A stretch of 64,000 bases of DNA from Halichondria panicea (taxonomy: Eukaryota). A program made the translations under genes and the position numbers. The number at the start of each line of letters is the position of its first letter. The first letter of the stretch is position 1. Positions 23,231 to 35,950 of this stretch are shown here, piece by piece. The stretch is taken from positions 2,678,315-2,742,314 of the forward strand of contig NC_087384.1 in assembly GCF_963675165.1 (NCBI RefSeq), given 5' to 3'. Under the pieces are notes generated by a model. The model saw only the letters and a list, made by a program, of their open reading frames with translations, ran no database searches and was not told the origin of the DNA.

Positions 23231-26200
23231 CTGTGTGAACAGCAATGAGTGGAAAATGGTACATGGTGAACGTCATGCAATAGTCTAAGAATAAAACAGT
23301 CAGCCATTTTATAAGCCGTCTACGTTAAAATCTATATACGATTCATTTCAGAGGCCTAGCTTACATTGAGTATCTTCTAATTTATCGGACAGTTCTTCTA
23401 ATTAGCCCGGACGCTTTTCTGGGCAATTTTCATTGTTCTAATACAACGGACACTCTGGTGCTTTAATTTACTAAATATCCGGACAATACCTTGAAAAGTT
23501 GAGATACATTCCAAGCAACGTAGCTTTTATATAGCCAGCAAGAGTATTGCAAGTTAGATAGCTTTGAGTTTTAGGATAGTTACATTAGTGCAACTAGTTA
23601 TTCAGTCGCACACTGTTCTAGCTAGCTTGCATGCAGCTGCATGCTTGTTCTAATTATTCCGGACACTTCGCGTGCTCTATATATATCTATAAAGATCTGT
23701 TCCCCGGACAATTTCCAAAAAATTATGTTTTACTGTCCGATAAATAATTAGAACATACGTTATATACCCCTTAAATACACATCCCGATCTATGGAAATGT
23801 AACAAAATACATTGTACCGCATTGTCCGTATAGCAGGTAATTTTCGTTGGTACACATTTTCACATGAATTAAATTATTATGTATTCTAAATAATTGTACA
23901 GCTCAAGATAGTGACATAGATACTATTGCAGAAGAATAATTTTTCGCAGTTTTAATTTTGGGATACAACACGAACATTTCCACCATACGAAATTAACCAT
24001 ACGCTATACAGTAAACTGTCTGTGTTACCGTTAATATATCAGACACTTCTAATTACCCTGGACATTTTTTCTGGGAAATGTTCATTGTTATAATACAGCG
24101 GATACTCGTACTTACATTAGTCTAAATATCCAGACTATAGGCTACCTTGAAAAGTTGATAGCTTTGAGGATTAACTACTCAGTCGCACACTGACTTAGCT
24201 AGCTCGCATGCATTTGCATGCTTGTCTAATTATTCCGGACACTTGGCGTGCTCTATAAACATCTGTTCCAATTACACCCGACAATTTCCTTATTTTTTGC
24301 TGTTTGATAAATTAAAACATTATACGGTTCTTACTTTCTCTTCGTTGGGGAGGTCATCTTGCTTGAGTGGAAACACCCGAACAAACTTGAAACTCTCTGT
24401 CACAACGTAGAATGGCTTGTTAAGCGTTTTGGCCATTACAGCAATCTGATACGTCCCGATCTATGGAAATGTAACAAAAAATTATATAGCGCCAAATTTC
24501 CGATGCGCATCACTTATGCTTTTCACAGATTGATTTGAACCTCGAAAAATATGCACCTCAAACTTTGAATTCGTTGTATACATGTACTTCTGGTAGTGTA
24601 AAAAGGCTATCCTCGAAAAAGAGCAATCTGCAAAATCCTCGAAAGTTTGGCACTATACATAATAGTTATAATAATTATAACTATTATAAGAGTGCAGTAG
24701 TAAGAGTGTTCAACTGTTACATTGTAGCTAGAGCTGGACACAATAGACAGCACTGACGACACTACTAGACAACCAAGTTTATTCTATGCTTCAGCTGTCT
24801 GTTTTGCTGTCTGTTTTAACTGATAATGAAAGCACCGCGAGTGCTGATGCCTCGAAAACTATACACACATTATATCATGATGAACATTTTTAATTTTGCT
24901 GCATGCGGTAGAAATCCAGAGTCCAGGAATCCCAGGGAAACTCAAAGAGTGGGTAATGATCGATGATGATTGTTGTTAAAAACGATTGATGCCACTAAAA
25001 TTAATGGCTGGATCAGAGCCTTGCAGCTCTCTTCTCACTCTTGCAACTACCAATAGCTAGCGTTCTAGTGCAGAGCTAACTACTAAGTTGAGTAGCAACA
25101 CTCGGTGAACAAGTTTTGCTACGTACTCTTCTGAAAGGTTGCTAGGCATAACTCGAGAATGAAGCATTATTTTACAAATCCACAAATACCAATCACACAT
25201 TATATCATGATGAACATTTTTAATTTTGCTGCATGCGGTAGAAATCCAGAGTCCAGGAATCCCAGGGAAACTCAAAGAGTGGGTAATGATCGATGATGAT
25301 TGTTGTTAAAAACGATTGATGCCACTAAAATTAATGGCTGGATCAGAGCCTTGCAGCTCTCTTCTCACTCTTGCAACTACCAATAGCTAGCGTTCTAGTG
25401 CAGAGCTAACTACTAAGTTGAGTAGCAACACTCGGTGAACAAGTTTTGCTACGTACTCTTCTGAAAGGTTGCTAGGCATAACTCGAGAATGAAGCATTAT
25501 TTTACAAATCCACAAATACCAATCCAAGAAAACATGACTAGAAGCCTATAGAAACTCTTGCACTTCATTGATCCTTGAGCAGCTGTAACAGTCTACACAC
25601 ATGCACACACAGACACACAAACACACTACAGTAACTGTATACCTCGCTTGCGCATGCGCACCGAGGTATAATAAGCCAAGCAACAACCAATGCAAAGAGA
25701 AAGATTGATGGGCGTGGCCTGCAAACGTGAAGAAAGCCAATACAAAGAACGTTGAAAGCACAGCGCTTGAACCAAGGAAACTCCTGAGCATCTGTAAGAG
25801 ACTGTGTGTTGTTAACTATTAGCCTCGGTCCAAAGTGTTCGATTAGAGAAAAACCAGCCTGGTCGAAAAAAGGCCTGGTGTCTATTGCATGGGTGATAGC
25901 ATAGATAGTAGAGGAAGGGGATTGGAAACGGGATCACGTGAGCTTATGCTTGCATAGCCTCGATCCCAGGCCGCACTTCCCACTAGGGAAGTGGGCCTGG
26001 TATCGACTGCTTGCGCATGCGCTAATATCCCCCCGGTATCTGGGGGCTTTGGATAACATCGTTTATGCTCAGTAAAACTATGACATCACAACGAAAGGAA
26101 GTGGATTGAAGGAAGTAGATAGAAAGTTCGATTGAAGGTTTCTAGCCCATCGGATAGCATTCTCTGATAGCTACCCTTAGCCTGCTATGTTAACAAAAGA

Positions 26201-29200
26201 CTCACAGCCTGCAACAGTGTGGATGACGATCGTCTGAAAGGAGTGACGGCTGATAAGAGCCTATACGGACAGGCCACGCCCATTTAACACTAACTTTGGT
26301 GAAAGTCTACTATACTACTGCTACTGATTCTATCAGAAGAAAATAGCAGTACAACAAACCTACACAACTCTGTCTCTAGCTAGCTAGCTATATAGCTCTG
26401 TGTATGACTTTTAGGATATTTTCTCGGGGGAAAAAATCCAATAATTTGGCGCATGCGCAAGCAGTCGATAGCAGGCCTTCTTTCAAAGGCCGGTGAAGGA
26501 GGCTAATGCTTGCAACGTAAGGCCTTTGGACAGTGCGTGCAGCAACCAATAGACACCTTGAGGTGTGATTTTACTGGTTTTAAGGTCAAGAGAAGCTTTG
26601 GAAAAAAAGCAAATGAGAGGATGCTAGGTAAATAAATGTATGAATAGCCCTAAAATGTGTCTTGAGGTATGCCTATAGGTACAAAATTAAACATTATTAC
26701 TAGCTTTGGTAGCACACAAAATTTGAAGATTTACAACACTTAAGCTTCTCTTTTTATTTGTGGGGTAAGAACTGACTTATGAAATGCAAATGAATGAATG
26801 GTCACAGTAGTAGTACATGATGGTATTTTATTGCTTCAGCTATATATTGGAAGCGGGAATATCATACTTCTTGAGTTATTGGCCGATTTGTTGATTTCCA
26901 CTAGACATCTTTGCCATCTAATGCGCATGCTGACTGCAGAGGAAAAGTGATGACCTTTTTTTTAAGGTAAAATTCCATGTTATTCAGCGTCTGCTCTGGC
27001 CCTGCTCAACTGATTTGAGCCCTGCCCTTCCCAAAATCCTGGCTACCACAAAGTCATAGAATATGCCCGTAATACTTAAGGTTACGATGCAGTGTTCGCC
27101 CACGCAGTAAGTAAATCAAGCTTGTCTTGACTGTATACACTAGTCGTCATTTTATATGCTAGATATTGCACGCTCTTTGCCAGTAAGGCAATTATCTATT
27201 TAAAGGAGGAAAGGGGGAGGGCGGCTCGAAACAATTTTTTGAACAGTCATCGAGTTAGCTCGTGTAGAAGTTGAAAAATATGGAAAAATAGCCGACTAGC
27301 TAGTAAACTATGGCATTTTTCTTCAGTTAGTAGATAGATAGGACTATTCGAGCTGCCCTCAGGAATATCATAAACTGCTGGTAGGTCACTGTTTAGTCCT
27401 TGTTAGAGTCTTTCTTTGTCTAATATTTGACGAATAAAATCGGCAATGACCACACGATCTTTGTGGTAAATTTTTTGCCATCTAGTTAGCGTACTGATAG
27501 CTAGCTAGCAAGCGCTGTAATAGTTACTTATGAGTAGTGCAACAGTATAGACACATAAAATAATAGAAACAATATTTTCCTTTCTCATAAAACAAAAATA
27601 AAAACTCATGATTAATTCATGAGCAAACACGTACTCTCAGGTATATTAAGGACTGGGACCTTCAATTATTGCTGAATCAGCTAAAACGCAGCCACGCCCA
27701 CGATTTTTAATATGTTTTGTGTGTAAAAATTTTGTGCAGCTACTTATCTTTTTTAGTTCTAAAAACGGTGTTCTAAACCTTCCTTTTAGCTCTTAATTCT
27801 TAGTGTAGTAGGTAGTTCAAAGGCTTAAGCAGACATATCCGCTGGGAGAGAGCATCATGTTCTATTTAGAGTAAGTTATTAGCCTATAAAAATAAAAATG
27901 TCACTTATTGTCAGCTGTAAGACTAAGTTTTGTGCAAAATCTCACCTTTGGCCAAAGAAGTGGCTCTCTCCCAGCAGATATGTCTGCTTAAGCCTTTGAA
28001 CTACCTACTACACTAAGAATTAAGAGCTAAAAGGAAGGTTTAGAACACCGTTTTTAGAACTAAAAAAGATCAGTAGCTGCACAAAATTTTTACACACAAA
28101 ACATATTAAAAATCGTGGGTGTGGCTGCGTTTTAGCTGATTCAGCAATAATTGAAGGTCCCAGTCCTTAATATACCTGAGCTGCATCGTAACCTTAATTT
28201 CCATGACTAAAGCTGTGGTTTATGCCATCTATTGCATTGGTCAAGAAGGCTTGCACACTAGTATAAGAAGAGAAGAGTGTCGAACCGATACCGGCCTCTA
28301 CACAAAAATGTCAAGTAACATGACTTGTACGTGATGAAGCATTGTAAACTTTCTAGTAATCTCCCAGTAAATGTTAACTGTGACGTTTTTAGGGGTGTGG
28401 TAATTGATGAATGATATCTGATTCTAGTTAGTCGTTCGCATTCAACGTTTAGAACTGCTCACTGCAATAATAGACCTCTCAGTGACTAATCGGATTGCAC
28501 CATTTGTATTCTAAAATATGCGACCGTCACCTACCGTACACTTAAATTCAGGGATTGTCAATCAATACATAGTGTAACTAAGTACTGTCTTACATGAAGC
28601 ACACACATTTTCGTGATGGGTTTTTTCCTTGTAATGGTCGATCACGTGATTGTGCTACTATATAAGTACTTGATTAATGTGCGGCTGCAAGTGGATTATA
28701 CGTAATTGTAATAACACACCTTGTTGATGATTCCTCCACTCTCAGCCACACCCTCTGCCCCCACGACTACCACGTCTACTTTCTCCATTAAAAACCTAAC
28801 ACAGTAACAACAATGTTTATCACTTAGTAATAATGCATTTACGTACAGAATACACATACCAATTTGGGTCCCTTTCACTAATGAACATCGAAATACTACG
28901 AATCATAAAGTACTACAAATAACCCTGTAATTTAGATACCTTGCTCCCGCCAAAGATTGCAAAAATCAATACTTGCACGTACTGCTTAAAAGCAAGGCAA
29001 AACAGTCCCTCTAGCTGCTGCATGCACATGTGTAGTAAATGGTAGATACCTCTACACACTACAAACCCTATTTCTTTGACTTGTATTCAGTACCCCCTGA
29101 GCTTGCAAATATATAAGCCACATTAAAAGTTTTGGTATTTTTTTCCTACATCATCACCTACGCATGCCGCAACTCAGGAGGCACAGCACTCACCCCACAG

Positions 29201-30798
29201 CAGAGTCCAGGACCAGTTTTGAGGGTATCTTTGCTTCTTCCAGCCATCTCTGCATGATACCGCTGTATCAAACAGAGTCACCATAATTATATAGCAATAA
29301 CCAACAAACCCACTCACCCTGTTTCGTCCACGGCACAGGTGGTGATGAATATTTTGAGCCTCTTCCCACTGGCCGAGGCTTCGAACAGCAATCGAAAAAC
29401 CACTCGAGACAACGAGTGCACCAGAACAGTCTGTGGATCAACCAGCAGTTGAAGGTACGTACGGCAAATGTGAATTATAACGCCACTCAAATGTGAGGGC
29501 CACTTGGACATTTTGCTTGTAGACTGTAGCACATTTGTATTAGTGGCGCTTTAATTCTGACGTTTACGGTACTGACAATTAAACTACAATTTTGTAGCTT
29601 AAAACTTACCCTAGCCGGGGGAGGGAGACATTAGGGAATATGAGGGATATTAGAAGGAACGGGGAGAAAGTTGGGGAGAGTGACGGAGAAAGGGGGGAGA
29701 GTGGGACATGATTGTTTTCATGGCGTTAACATAGATCTTGAAGGTTTGCCAGTAATAACAGTACGTGCCAGAAATAAAAGTGAAGCTGGTTGAGCATAAG
29801 TAACCTTACGCCTGAACATAAATTCATAAATTAAACTGGAGTTGGTTCGGCGCAGCACAGATCGAGTTTTAACTTCATTGGGAGCTAAGCAAGACTCACA
29901 GTTCCATCCCTGATGAACGGGTTGGCCACTTGTGCTATCTTCTGTCTTGAATTAGCTACCCTCTGTATGTATAAGTTACCTGTACGAGGACAGATCGAGG
30001 CATTAAACACACAGAGCTACCAATAATTATACACTATAATTACCTCTCTCCACCAGCAGTCTTTTGATCTCTTGGAAATCCTAACGAAAAGAAAATTGAA
30101 CGAGAACATTACATAAGAACAAACTCTAGATTAGCGAACTTCAGGTACTGTAACAGTGGAACCTCTAAGTTAAGGCCTATGTCTGCTCTATTATAAGAGG
30201 TGCCAGATGCTTGGGAATGTACATAAAGGCAATAATTATAATGATTCGATTATCTTCATGAGCATAAAACTACGAACACAAAAGAGGATAATTAATAGTT
30301 ACTATAGAGGTGCAACGCTTTCATTGACCTCTGACCTTTTCCTCGCCTAAAAGAGAGGAGAGAGTGATAAAGCGTACGAAAAGCTCACAGCCTGAGGACA
30401 CAGAGACAATGGAGGAGATGCCCTCTGTCAGGACCTTGGTGCCCTCCTTGATTTCATCTTGGAGGCCCGCTATCGTACCAGCTGGCATAAAGAAGTTCAG
30501 AACATTAATTTAAAGGGACCAAAAGGATTTTTAGATATTTCTAATGGGAATACAGGGTATTAAACAGTGTCCCAGCATGTACATGTACATGTACAGTGCT
30601 TGAAAAGTACCTGTTGAAGAATCAACCACAACACAGAATATCACCTTCGCTGTTTTTGATGAGCTGTAAGAGGGTCTTTATGGCCACCACGGCTTCAGAG
30701 AGACCATTGGGTTGAGATTTGTCCAAATGCTCCCTGAAGTCCCGCACCCAATCTGTATGTATTAAGAGAGCAGCTAACAGAGTGCTCGACAAATTCAT
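23090..30798 (-). CDS. EIF2B1: eIF2B alpha subunit (EIF2B1) gene on the minus strand, spanning start codon 30796-30798 to stop 23090-23092. Exons are listed as separate features.
   Basis: Exon translations align along the whole length with recalled human EIF2B1 (…[16 protein letters not shown] / [12 protein letters not shown]…[22 protein letters not shown] / [13 protein letters not shown] / …[38 protein letters not shown] / [22 protein letters not shown] / [25 protein letters not shown] / [32 protein letters not shown] / [32 protein letters not shown]). Confidence 0.85.
23381..23768 (+). mobile_element. MITE family C copy.
   Basis: tatcttctaatttatcggacag ... ctgtccgataaataattagaacatacg. Confidence 0.7.
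24028..24327 (+). mobile_element. MITE family C copy with a degenerate 5' TIR. Its 3' end lies 7 bp from the EIF2B1 exon-7 splice donor.
   Basis: ...gctgtttgataaattaaaacattatacgg|ttcttac|TTTCTCTTCG(exon). Confidence 0.65.
24335..24460 (-). CDS. EIF2B1: EIF2B1 exon 7.
   Basis: [42 protein letters not shown], matching human [42 protein letters not shown]; ccatag acceptor and gtaaga donor. Confidence 0.85.
24815..25675 (-). mobile_element. MITE family A copy carrying an internal tandem duplication of about 329 bp (24866-25194 duplicated at 25195-25523).
   Basis: Termini cgaggcatcagcactcgcggtgctttc (revcomp) and cgcaccgaggtataat; the two internal units are near-identical. Confidence 0.75.
25795..26540 (-). 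mobile_element. Long family D element (about 600-750 bp) with hairpin termini tagcctcgatcccaggccgcacttccc / ggccggtgaaggaggcta and two GCGCATGCGC palindromes.
   Basis: The reverse complement aligns along its length with 33170-33795. Confidence 0.65.
27060..28205. mobile_element. Foldback element. Outer IR cttaaggttacgatgcag / ctgcatcgtaaccttaa; inner near-perfect inverted repeat arms of about 215 bp (27640-27855 and 27958-28172) around an approximately 100-bp loop.
   Basis: The reverse complement of the left arm equals the right arm with about 2 mismatches. It lies in the 4.3-kb EIF2B1 intron. Confidence 0.8.
28720..28795 (-). CDS. EIF2B1: EIF2B1 exon 6.
   Basis: [25 protein letters not shown], matching human [25 protein letters not shown]. 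Confidence 0.8.
29194..29262 (-). CDS. EIF2B1: EIF2B1 exon 5.
   Basis: (G)[22 protein letters not shown], matching human [23 protein letters not shown]. Confidence 0.7.
29318..29523 (-). CDS. EIF2B1: EIF2B1 exon 4.
   Basis: ...[60 protein letters not shown], matching human ...[43 protein letters not shown]. Confidence 0.7.
30044..30080 (-). CDS. EIF2B1: EIF2B1 exon 3 (37 nt). The phase relative to the next exon is unresolved.
   Basis: [13 protein letters not shown] compared with human SKCKKIMIERG; ttag acceptor and gtaatt donor. Confidence 0.45.
30336..30481 (-). CDS. EIF2B1: EIF2B1 exon 2.
   Basis: (A)[48 protein letters not shown], matching human ...[44 protein letters not shown]. Confidence 0.7.
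30645..30798 (-). CDS. EIF2B1: EIF2B1 exon 1 (ATG at 30796-30798).
   Basis: [51 protein letters not shown](G), with a gtgatat donor. Confidence 0.6.
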
Positions 30799-31316
30799 GG
30801 CTTCCTCACTGATCGGTATGGCATCTATTAACCACTTTAAATGCTAGGTTCGACTAACACAGCTAATAACGTGAATATTAGGTTTCGGACTCATCTTTCT
30901 TTATACTTTAGATCTAGGACTCACTAAGCTATATACATACTCTCCCAAAGATCTAGTGGTAAAAGTCTTACTCTCCCAAAGATCTAGTGGTAAAAGTCTT
31001 ACCTATGGTGTCACTATTGCTTCCTTTAGGCTCTAAGACACTCATGTCAGAGATATGTGATGGGTGATGAAGACCATGTGGGTGAAGTATTAATAAGTCA
31101 CCAGCAACGCCACGATCCGTTCCAGTTCTGGATAACTTTAGCAGTTTGAACAGATCAAGATGCTTGCTCATGTCGCTGGCTGACAGTCTGTTTGCAGGTA
31201 CGTAGACATACTACCCTATTCTAGTGAATATTTGTCTTTAAATATCAAATTGCAGGCAGAATTCTTGTAACACACTGAGAGACAGTGAAGCACCACTCAC
31301 TAGCTATAGCGCTAGC

Positions 31317-32376
31317 ATGGATGACGATATTCTCAGTTTTGGGAACAATCGTAAGATATCTTTCAAGGCAGCTCTGCGAAGCGTCCAATCGAATCGTCCA
31401 AAGATCAGGGCTGCGGTAATAGTGAAAGACAGCAGCTCCGACTCTAGTGACTCTAATGATGAGGATGAGTCTAGACGTGGTCGCAAGAGGATACAGCACA
31501 GGGTGGGGGGGAAGGTGGGGTCACTGGCCTCGCAGCTCATTCATAACCAGCTGGAGCCGTGCGTCATCTCAGATTCTGATGATAGTGATCTGGAATCGGG
31601 AAGCAAGTAAGACTACATAATTATATACTCATCAGTTATGTTCTGGTGTAACTAAAGATTTTAGACCAGAACACATTTTTGGTGTTCCAGCCTGGATCAG
31701 TCATGTTATTCATAAGAGTATTGGTGTTATGAAAACTTATTTACTAATTGCAAGAATTACCAGGATAATGCTAGTGTGAAACTGTCTGACCTACATCTTA
31801 ATCTTGTTATGTGTTTTACATGTTTGTTGCATTTTCCTGTCCGTCACACCGTTACATGTACTCAACAGTATACACTCTGTGATCAATATGTAACTAACCC
31901 TTCCAGGAAGAAGGTAAAGAAGAAGTCCCCTTCTCCATTGTCCAGTGGCATGTCTCGCTCCCCCTCCCCTGAACCCTCCCCTCCACCACCTGGAGCATTG
32001 GCCACACCCACTAACCAGGCGTCAAAACATGTACTCAAGTAAGTATATTACCGTATTACTAGAACATTTTGCTGGTGAAAAACCTTTGCGAATGAGCCAA
32101 ATCAGCAGAAAATTTGACCCTTTGTGATTTAACTATTTGCGTTCTGGCAAGGACCGTGTGTATTTACTAGTAATAATAACAGGTTTTGCGGATTTTATTG
32201 TTGTGAATTGATCAACCCTCGCAAAATTCGCAAATGTTTGATGCTCGCAAAACATTCTAGTAATACGGTACTGGCTAATCCTTCGTGAGAATTTAAATGT
32301 GTTCAAAAAAGTCAGCATAGCTAATAACTATGACTTGTAGGCCATTTATAGCACATGTTAATTATGCCTCGATGCG

Positions 32377-32462
<86 letters not shown>

Positions 32463-35400
32463 CTATTTCAGCTGCTCAAGGATCAATGAAGTGCAAAAGA
32501 GTTTTTATAGGTATCTAGTCATGTTTTCTTGGCTTGGTATTTGTGGATTTGCAAAATAAAGCTTCGTTCTCGAGTTATGCCTAGTTTTGCTTACTTGGAA
32601 TGCCATTGCAGCCTTTTCAGAAGAGTCCATGCAAAACTTGTTCACCGAGTGTTGCTACTCTACTTAGTAGTTAGCTCTGCACTAGAACGCTAGCTGTTGT
32701 TCGCTGCAAGAGTGAGAAGAGGGCTGCAAGGCTCTGCTGACTTGCAGCGATTAATTTTAGACTTGAACTTTTGGCATCGATCGTTTTTAACAATGATCAT
32801 CGTCGATCATTACCCACTATTTGAGTTTCCCTGTGATTCTGGATTCTGCATGCAGTAAAATAAAAATATTCATCAAATAATTATAATCAATGTGTGTATA
32901 AAAGCTAGCTATTAGTAGCTTTATGTTATTAGCTTTGGCACCTCCACCGAGGCATCAGCACCCGCGGTGCTTTCGTTCTGCTGGGTCCAATAAAAAAGTA
33001 GAGTTGATAATCTATGCTGTAGAAACTGGATTATTTGCACTTACTCAATTATGTATCTTTATTAAGCGCATGATCAACTGCAGGTTTTTTGTACTCGAAT
33101 TGAAGCGCTTTGTATTAGAATTGATTCATCTAATTTCGTTTTAATATCTATGAGCTAGTTTAGCTTGTACCATCTGGAAGGACTCTCTGGGCACGCTGTT
33201 ATCTAGCCTCCTTCACAGGTCTCTAATGAAGAAAAGGAGGCCTGATACTGACTGCTTGCACATGCACAAAATTATTGGATATTTTCCCCATAAAGTTTCC
33301 CATAAACCGGAAATTTTTACCAGAAAAATAAATATACGAACAAAAAATATAATATTTAAGTTGTACACAGAGCTATATAGCTAGCTAGTTAGAGACAGAG
33401 CTGTAGGTTTGTTGCAGCAGCTATTTTCTTTCTGATAGAGTCTTCATGTAGACTTTCACCAAGGTTAGTATTAGATGGGCGTGGCCTGTACACTATAGGC
33501 TAGTGTCAGCTCTTTCACTCCGTTCAGATGATTGTCATCCACACTGTTGCAGGCTGTGAGTCTTTTGTGGCTAAGTGTAGCTACTAGAATGCTATCAGAT
33601 GGACTAGCACAATCGAACTTCTATCTACTTCCTTTAATCCACTTTCGTTCGTTGTGACGTCATTGTTTTTCTGAGCATATACAATGTTATCCGGTTTCTG
33701 GGGATTAGGTGACGCATGCGCAAACAGTCGATACCATACCCATCTTCAGAAGAAGTGCGGCCTGGGATCGAGGCTAGCTGTTATCTTGTCTGATGCTGAG
33801 ACATAGATGAGGTGGACTTGGACCCTTTTTGTTTCAGTTCCTGGTCAATAAAATTTATTGAAGTAATATGATAGTATGGTATGGATCCACGTGGGTTGCT
33901 TTCTTGCCTATAGCTTTCTCACTTTCTAGCTAGCTATTGGAGTCATCACTCGTCACAGAGACATCCAGTTAGATACTGGGTGGGGCTCGAAAATGACTGC
34001 ATTATAAGCGCATAAAGCTCTGCTAATGCCTATTGACCCCATTAGCACATTCCCAGTTTCTATGCTAAAAAGCCCAACTCAGGGCTCCTCGCAGCTTGGA
34101 ATCGAGACTATGCGTACATCGCATCAAATTGCGAAATCGAATGTGTGTGCTCCTCTAGCTTCACACACTTGTGCACACAGCTCACACACACACGAACTGC
34201 TTTTTCCGTCACTGCAACACTGCATATATTATATATACACACACACACACACACACAGCAAAGCTAGCAATGCCCTCCATCAGCTTATGTTCTCCGCCTA
34301 CACACCTGGCTATTCGGACGCCAGCTACTGTTCTGACCACAACAATTCTCTGGTTGGTTCAGCCAGCAAGGAGAGCATCACTCTCAGAGTTCGCTATCGG
34401 GGCAATATCTGTAGGTTCACCATCAACAAGGTACGTATGGTTGTGGTTGGAAACATCTTGATGATGTGAACAGCTACATATACATGTACATGGAAGGTTG
34501 CATGCCATTTACGGTACATTATGTTTTATTGTGGTTACGACGGTAGTAGTGTAAGGGAAAAACAAAATTGTATCTCAATCATGTGTAGGTAGAGGACATT
34601 TGAATAAAAGACAATTTAGGGACGAAATACATTTTTCTTTTGTAGAGAGAGGTTGTGCTCAAAAACACTGCGATACCAAGGGCGTATAAAAGAAGAGAGG
34701 GCATGCAACAGCAAAACAGCACAATTCAAATTTGGGCGGATGAATGTGCTAAAAATAGAAATATATGTTTGTAGACGCAAATTCACATTCATCTGCCCAC
34801 ATTTGAATTCTGCAGCTACAGTATAGTGACTAGATAGTGAGTTGCATACCCTCTCTTCTTTAATTTATACGCCCTTGGAGATACTTATTCTTCTACGTAG
34901 AAATTAGCGGATGAAAGCACGTACATTCCACTATGGAGATTCACTCTCCCATTTTTTTTATTAGTAACCTTCTATTAATGTACCCACCCCCTAGGGTGAC
35001 CCTCTCTCTCTGGTGTGCTCAATGCTGGCCACAGAGGTGGCCAAGGGTGAGGAGGCTAACAGGTTCCTCCTCTCCCATAAGACTACCACCCTCTCTGTCA
35101 GTGAGTCACCTCTCTCTCTTGGGCTCACCACAGCTGACATTATTGGTGAGACCTGTACACTGATAGGACCTTGCAGACCTTGAACCATGTCACTATATAT
35201 ATCAGTTGTAATGATCCTCTGATATTATAGTGCTAGAGATCTAAAAAAATTCATTCAACTCGAACACGATGATTTCATGAGTAACAGTTTCGTTTGACTT
35301 CATTGCCTGCACTGCGTTGCATGCGTTCCGGTAAGCGCCAACGTTTTCGTGGGGGAACAATTTTATGGAGGTCAGCTTGCTCACGAATATAACGAACAGT

Positions 35401-35950
35401 TTACCCCACGAACATTTTACGGTGCTCATTGCTCACATACATGTACAACTGTATATTTTCGGATTCATTGCCTTTGCTTTTTTTTAACACTTAACACAGT
35501 GTAATTTTTATCTTCAGATGCTATTCAATTGTCTGAAGCTACAACAAGCAAAGAAGGCAGCTCGCTCAACCTCAGCACTGGTGACAGTAATATTCAAATC
35601 AAAGTTCAAACTTCCAAGAAAAGTAAAATGTACAGTCTGTCTAAAGTAAGTACACATAGAGCAAACTATTAATTGTGCATCCCCTGCTGCCGGTAGACCA
35701 TTTTGCGTAAGCCTGAAGTACACAAAATATTAATGGCTCGTTACATCTGTCATGCTATTTCTAGGCTAAAAGTTGTATTGTTGCTGTAGACTGACCCCCT
35801 GAAGAAGGCAATGGAAGCTTTTGCTAAAGAACTGGATGTGGCAGTGTCTAAGCTGTCATTCTCATTTGATGGAGACCCCATCTCACCATTGCAGACAGCT
35901 CGTGATTTGGACATGGAGAATGAGGACTGCATTGACGCTAGATACTCATG
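31317..35950 (+). CDS. NFATC2IP (NIP45) / Rad60 / Esc2-like gene: acidic Ser/Asp-rich N-terminus plus two C-terminal SUMO-like domains. Approximate exons are 31317-31607, about 31907-32040, about 34259-34432, 34990-35148, 35514-35640 and 35790-35950 (stop).
   Basis: MDDDILSF...SSDSSDSNDEDE...ISDSDDSDLESGSK. SLD1: ITLRVRYRGNICRFTINK / ...ANRFLLSHKTTTLSVSESPLSLGLTTADIIG. SLD2: NIQIKVQTSKKSKMYSLSK / TDPLKKAMEAFAKELDVAVSKLSFSFDGDPISPLQTARDLDMENEDCIDA. This is the di-SLD architecture; some exon phases are unresolved. Confidence 0.5.
32343..32975 (+). mobile_element. MITE family A copy with an expanded (TG)n tract.
   Basis: ttatgcctcgatgcgcatg(tg)n tagactatttcagctgctcaaggatcaatgaagtgcaa ... caccgaggcatcagcacccgcggtgctttc. 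Confidence 0.8.
32359..32459. repeat. (TG)n microsatellite of about 50 units, inside MITE A.
   Basis: Direct read. Confidence 0.95.
33170..33795 (+). mobile_element. Long family D element, the forward-orientation partner of 25795-26540.
   Basis: Shared internal sequence (gctatatagctagctag..agagacagag, gggcgtggcctgt) and termini (gcgcaaacagtcgata...gcggcctgggatcgaggcta). Confidence 0.65.
35238..35425 (+). mobile_element. MITE family B copy.
   Basis: cattgcctgcactgcgttgcatgcgttccggtaagc...ccccacgaacattttacggtg. Confidence 0.55.

Noticed and set aside
31776-32127. ORFs 31776-32042 and 31945-32127 as independent genes.
   Set aside because: They are better explained as exon 2 of the NFATC2IP-like gene (Ser/Pro-rich linker) and an out-of-frame overlap.
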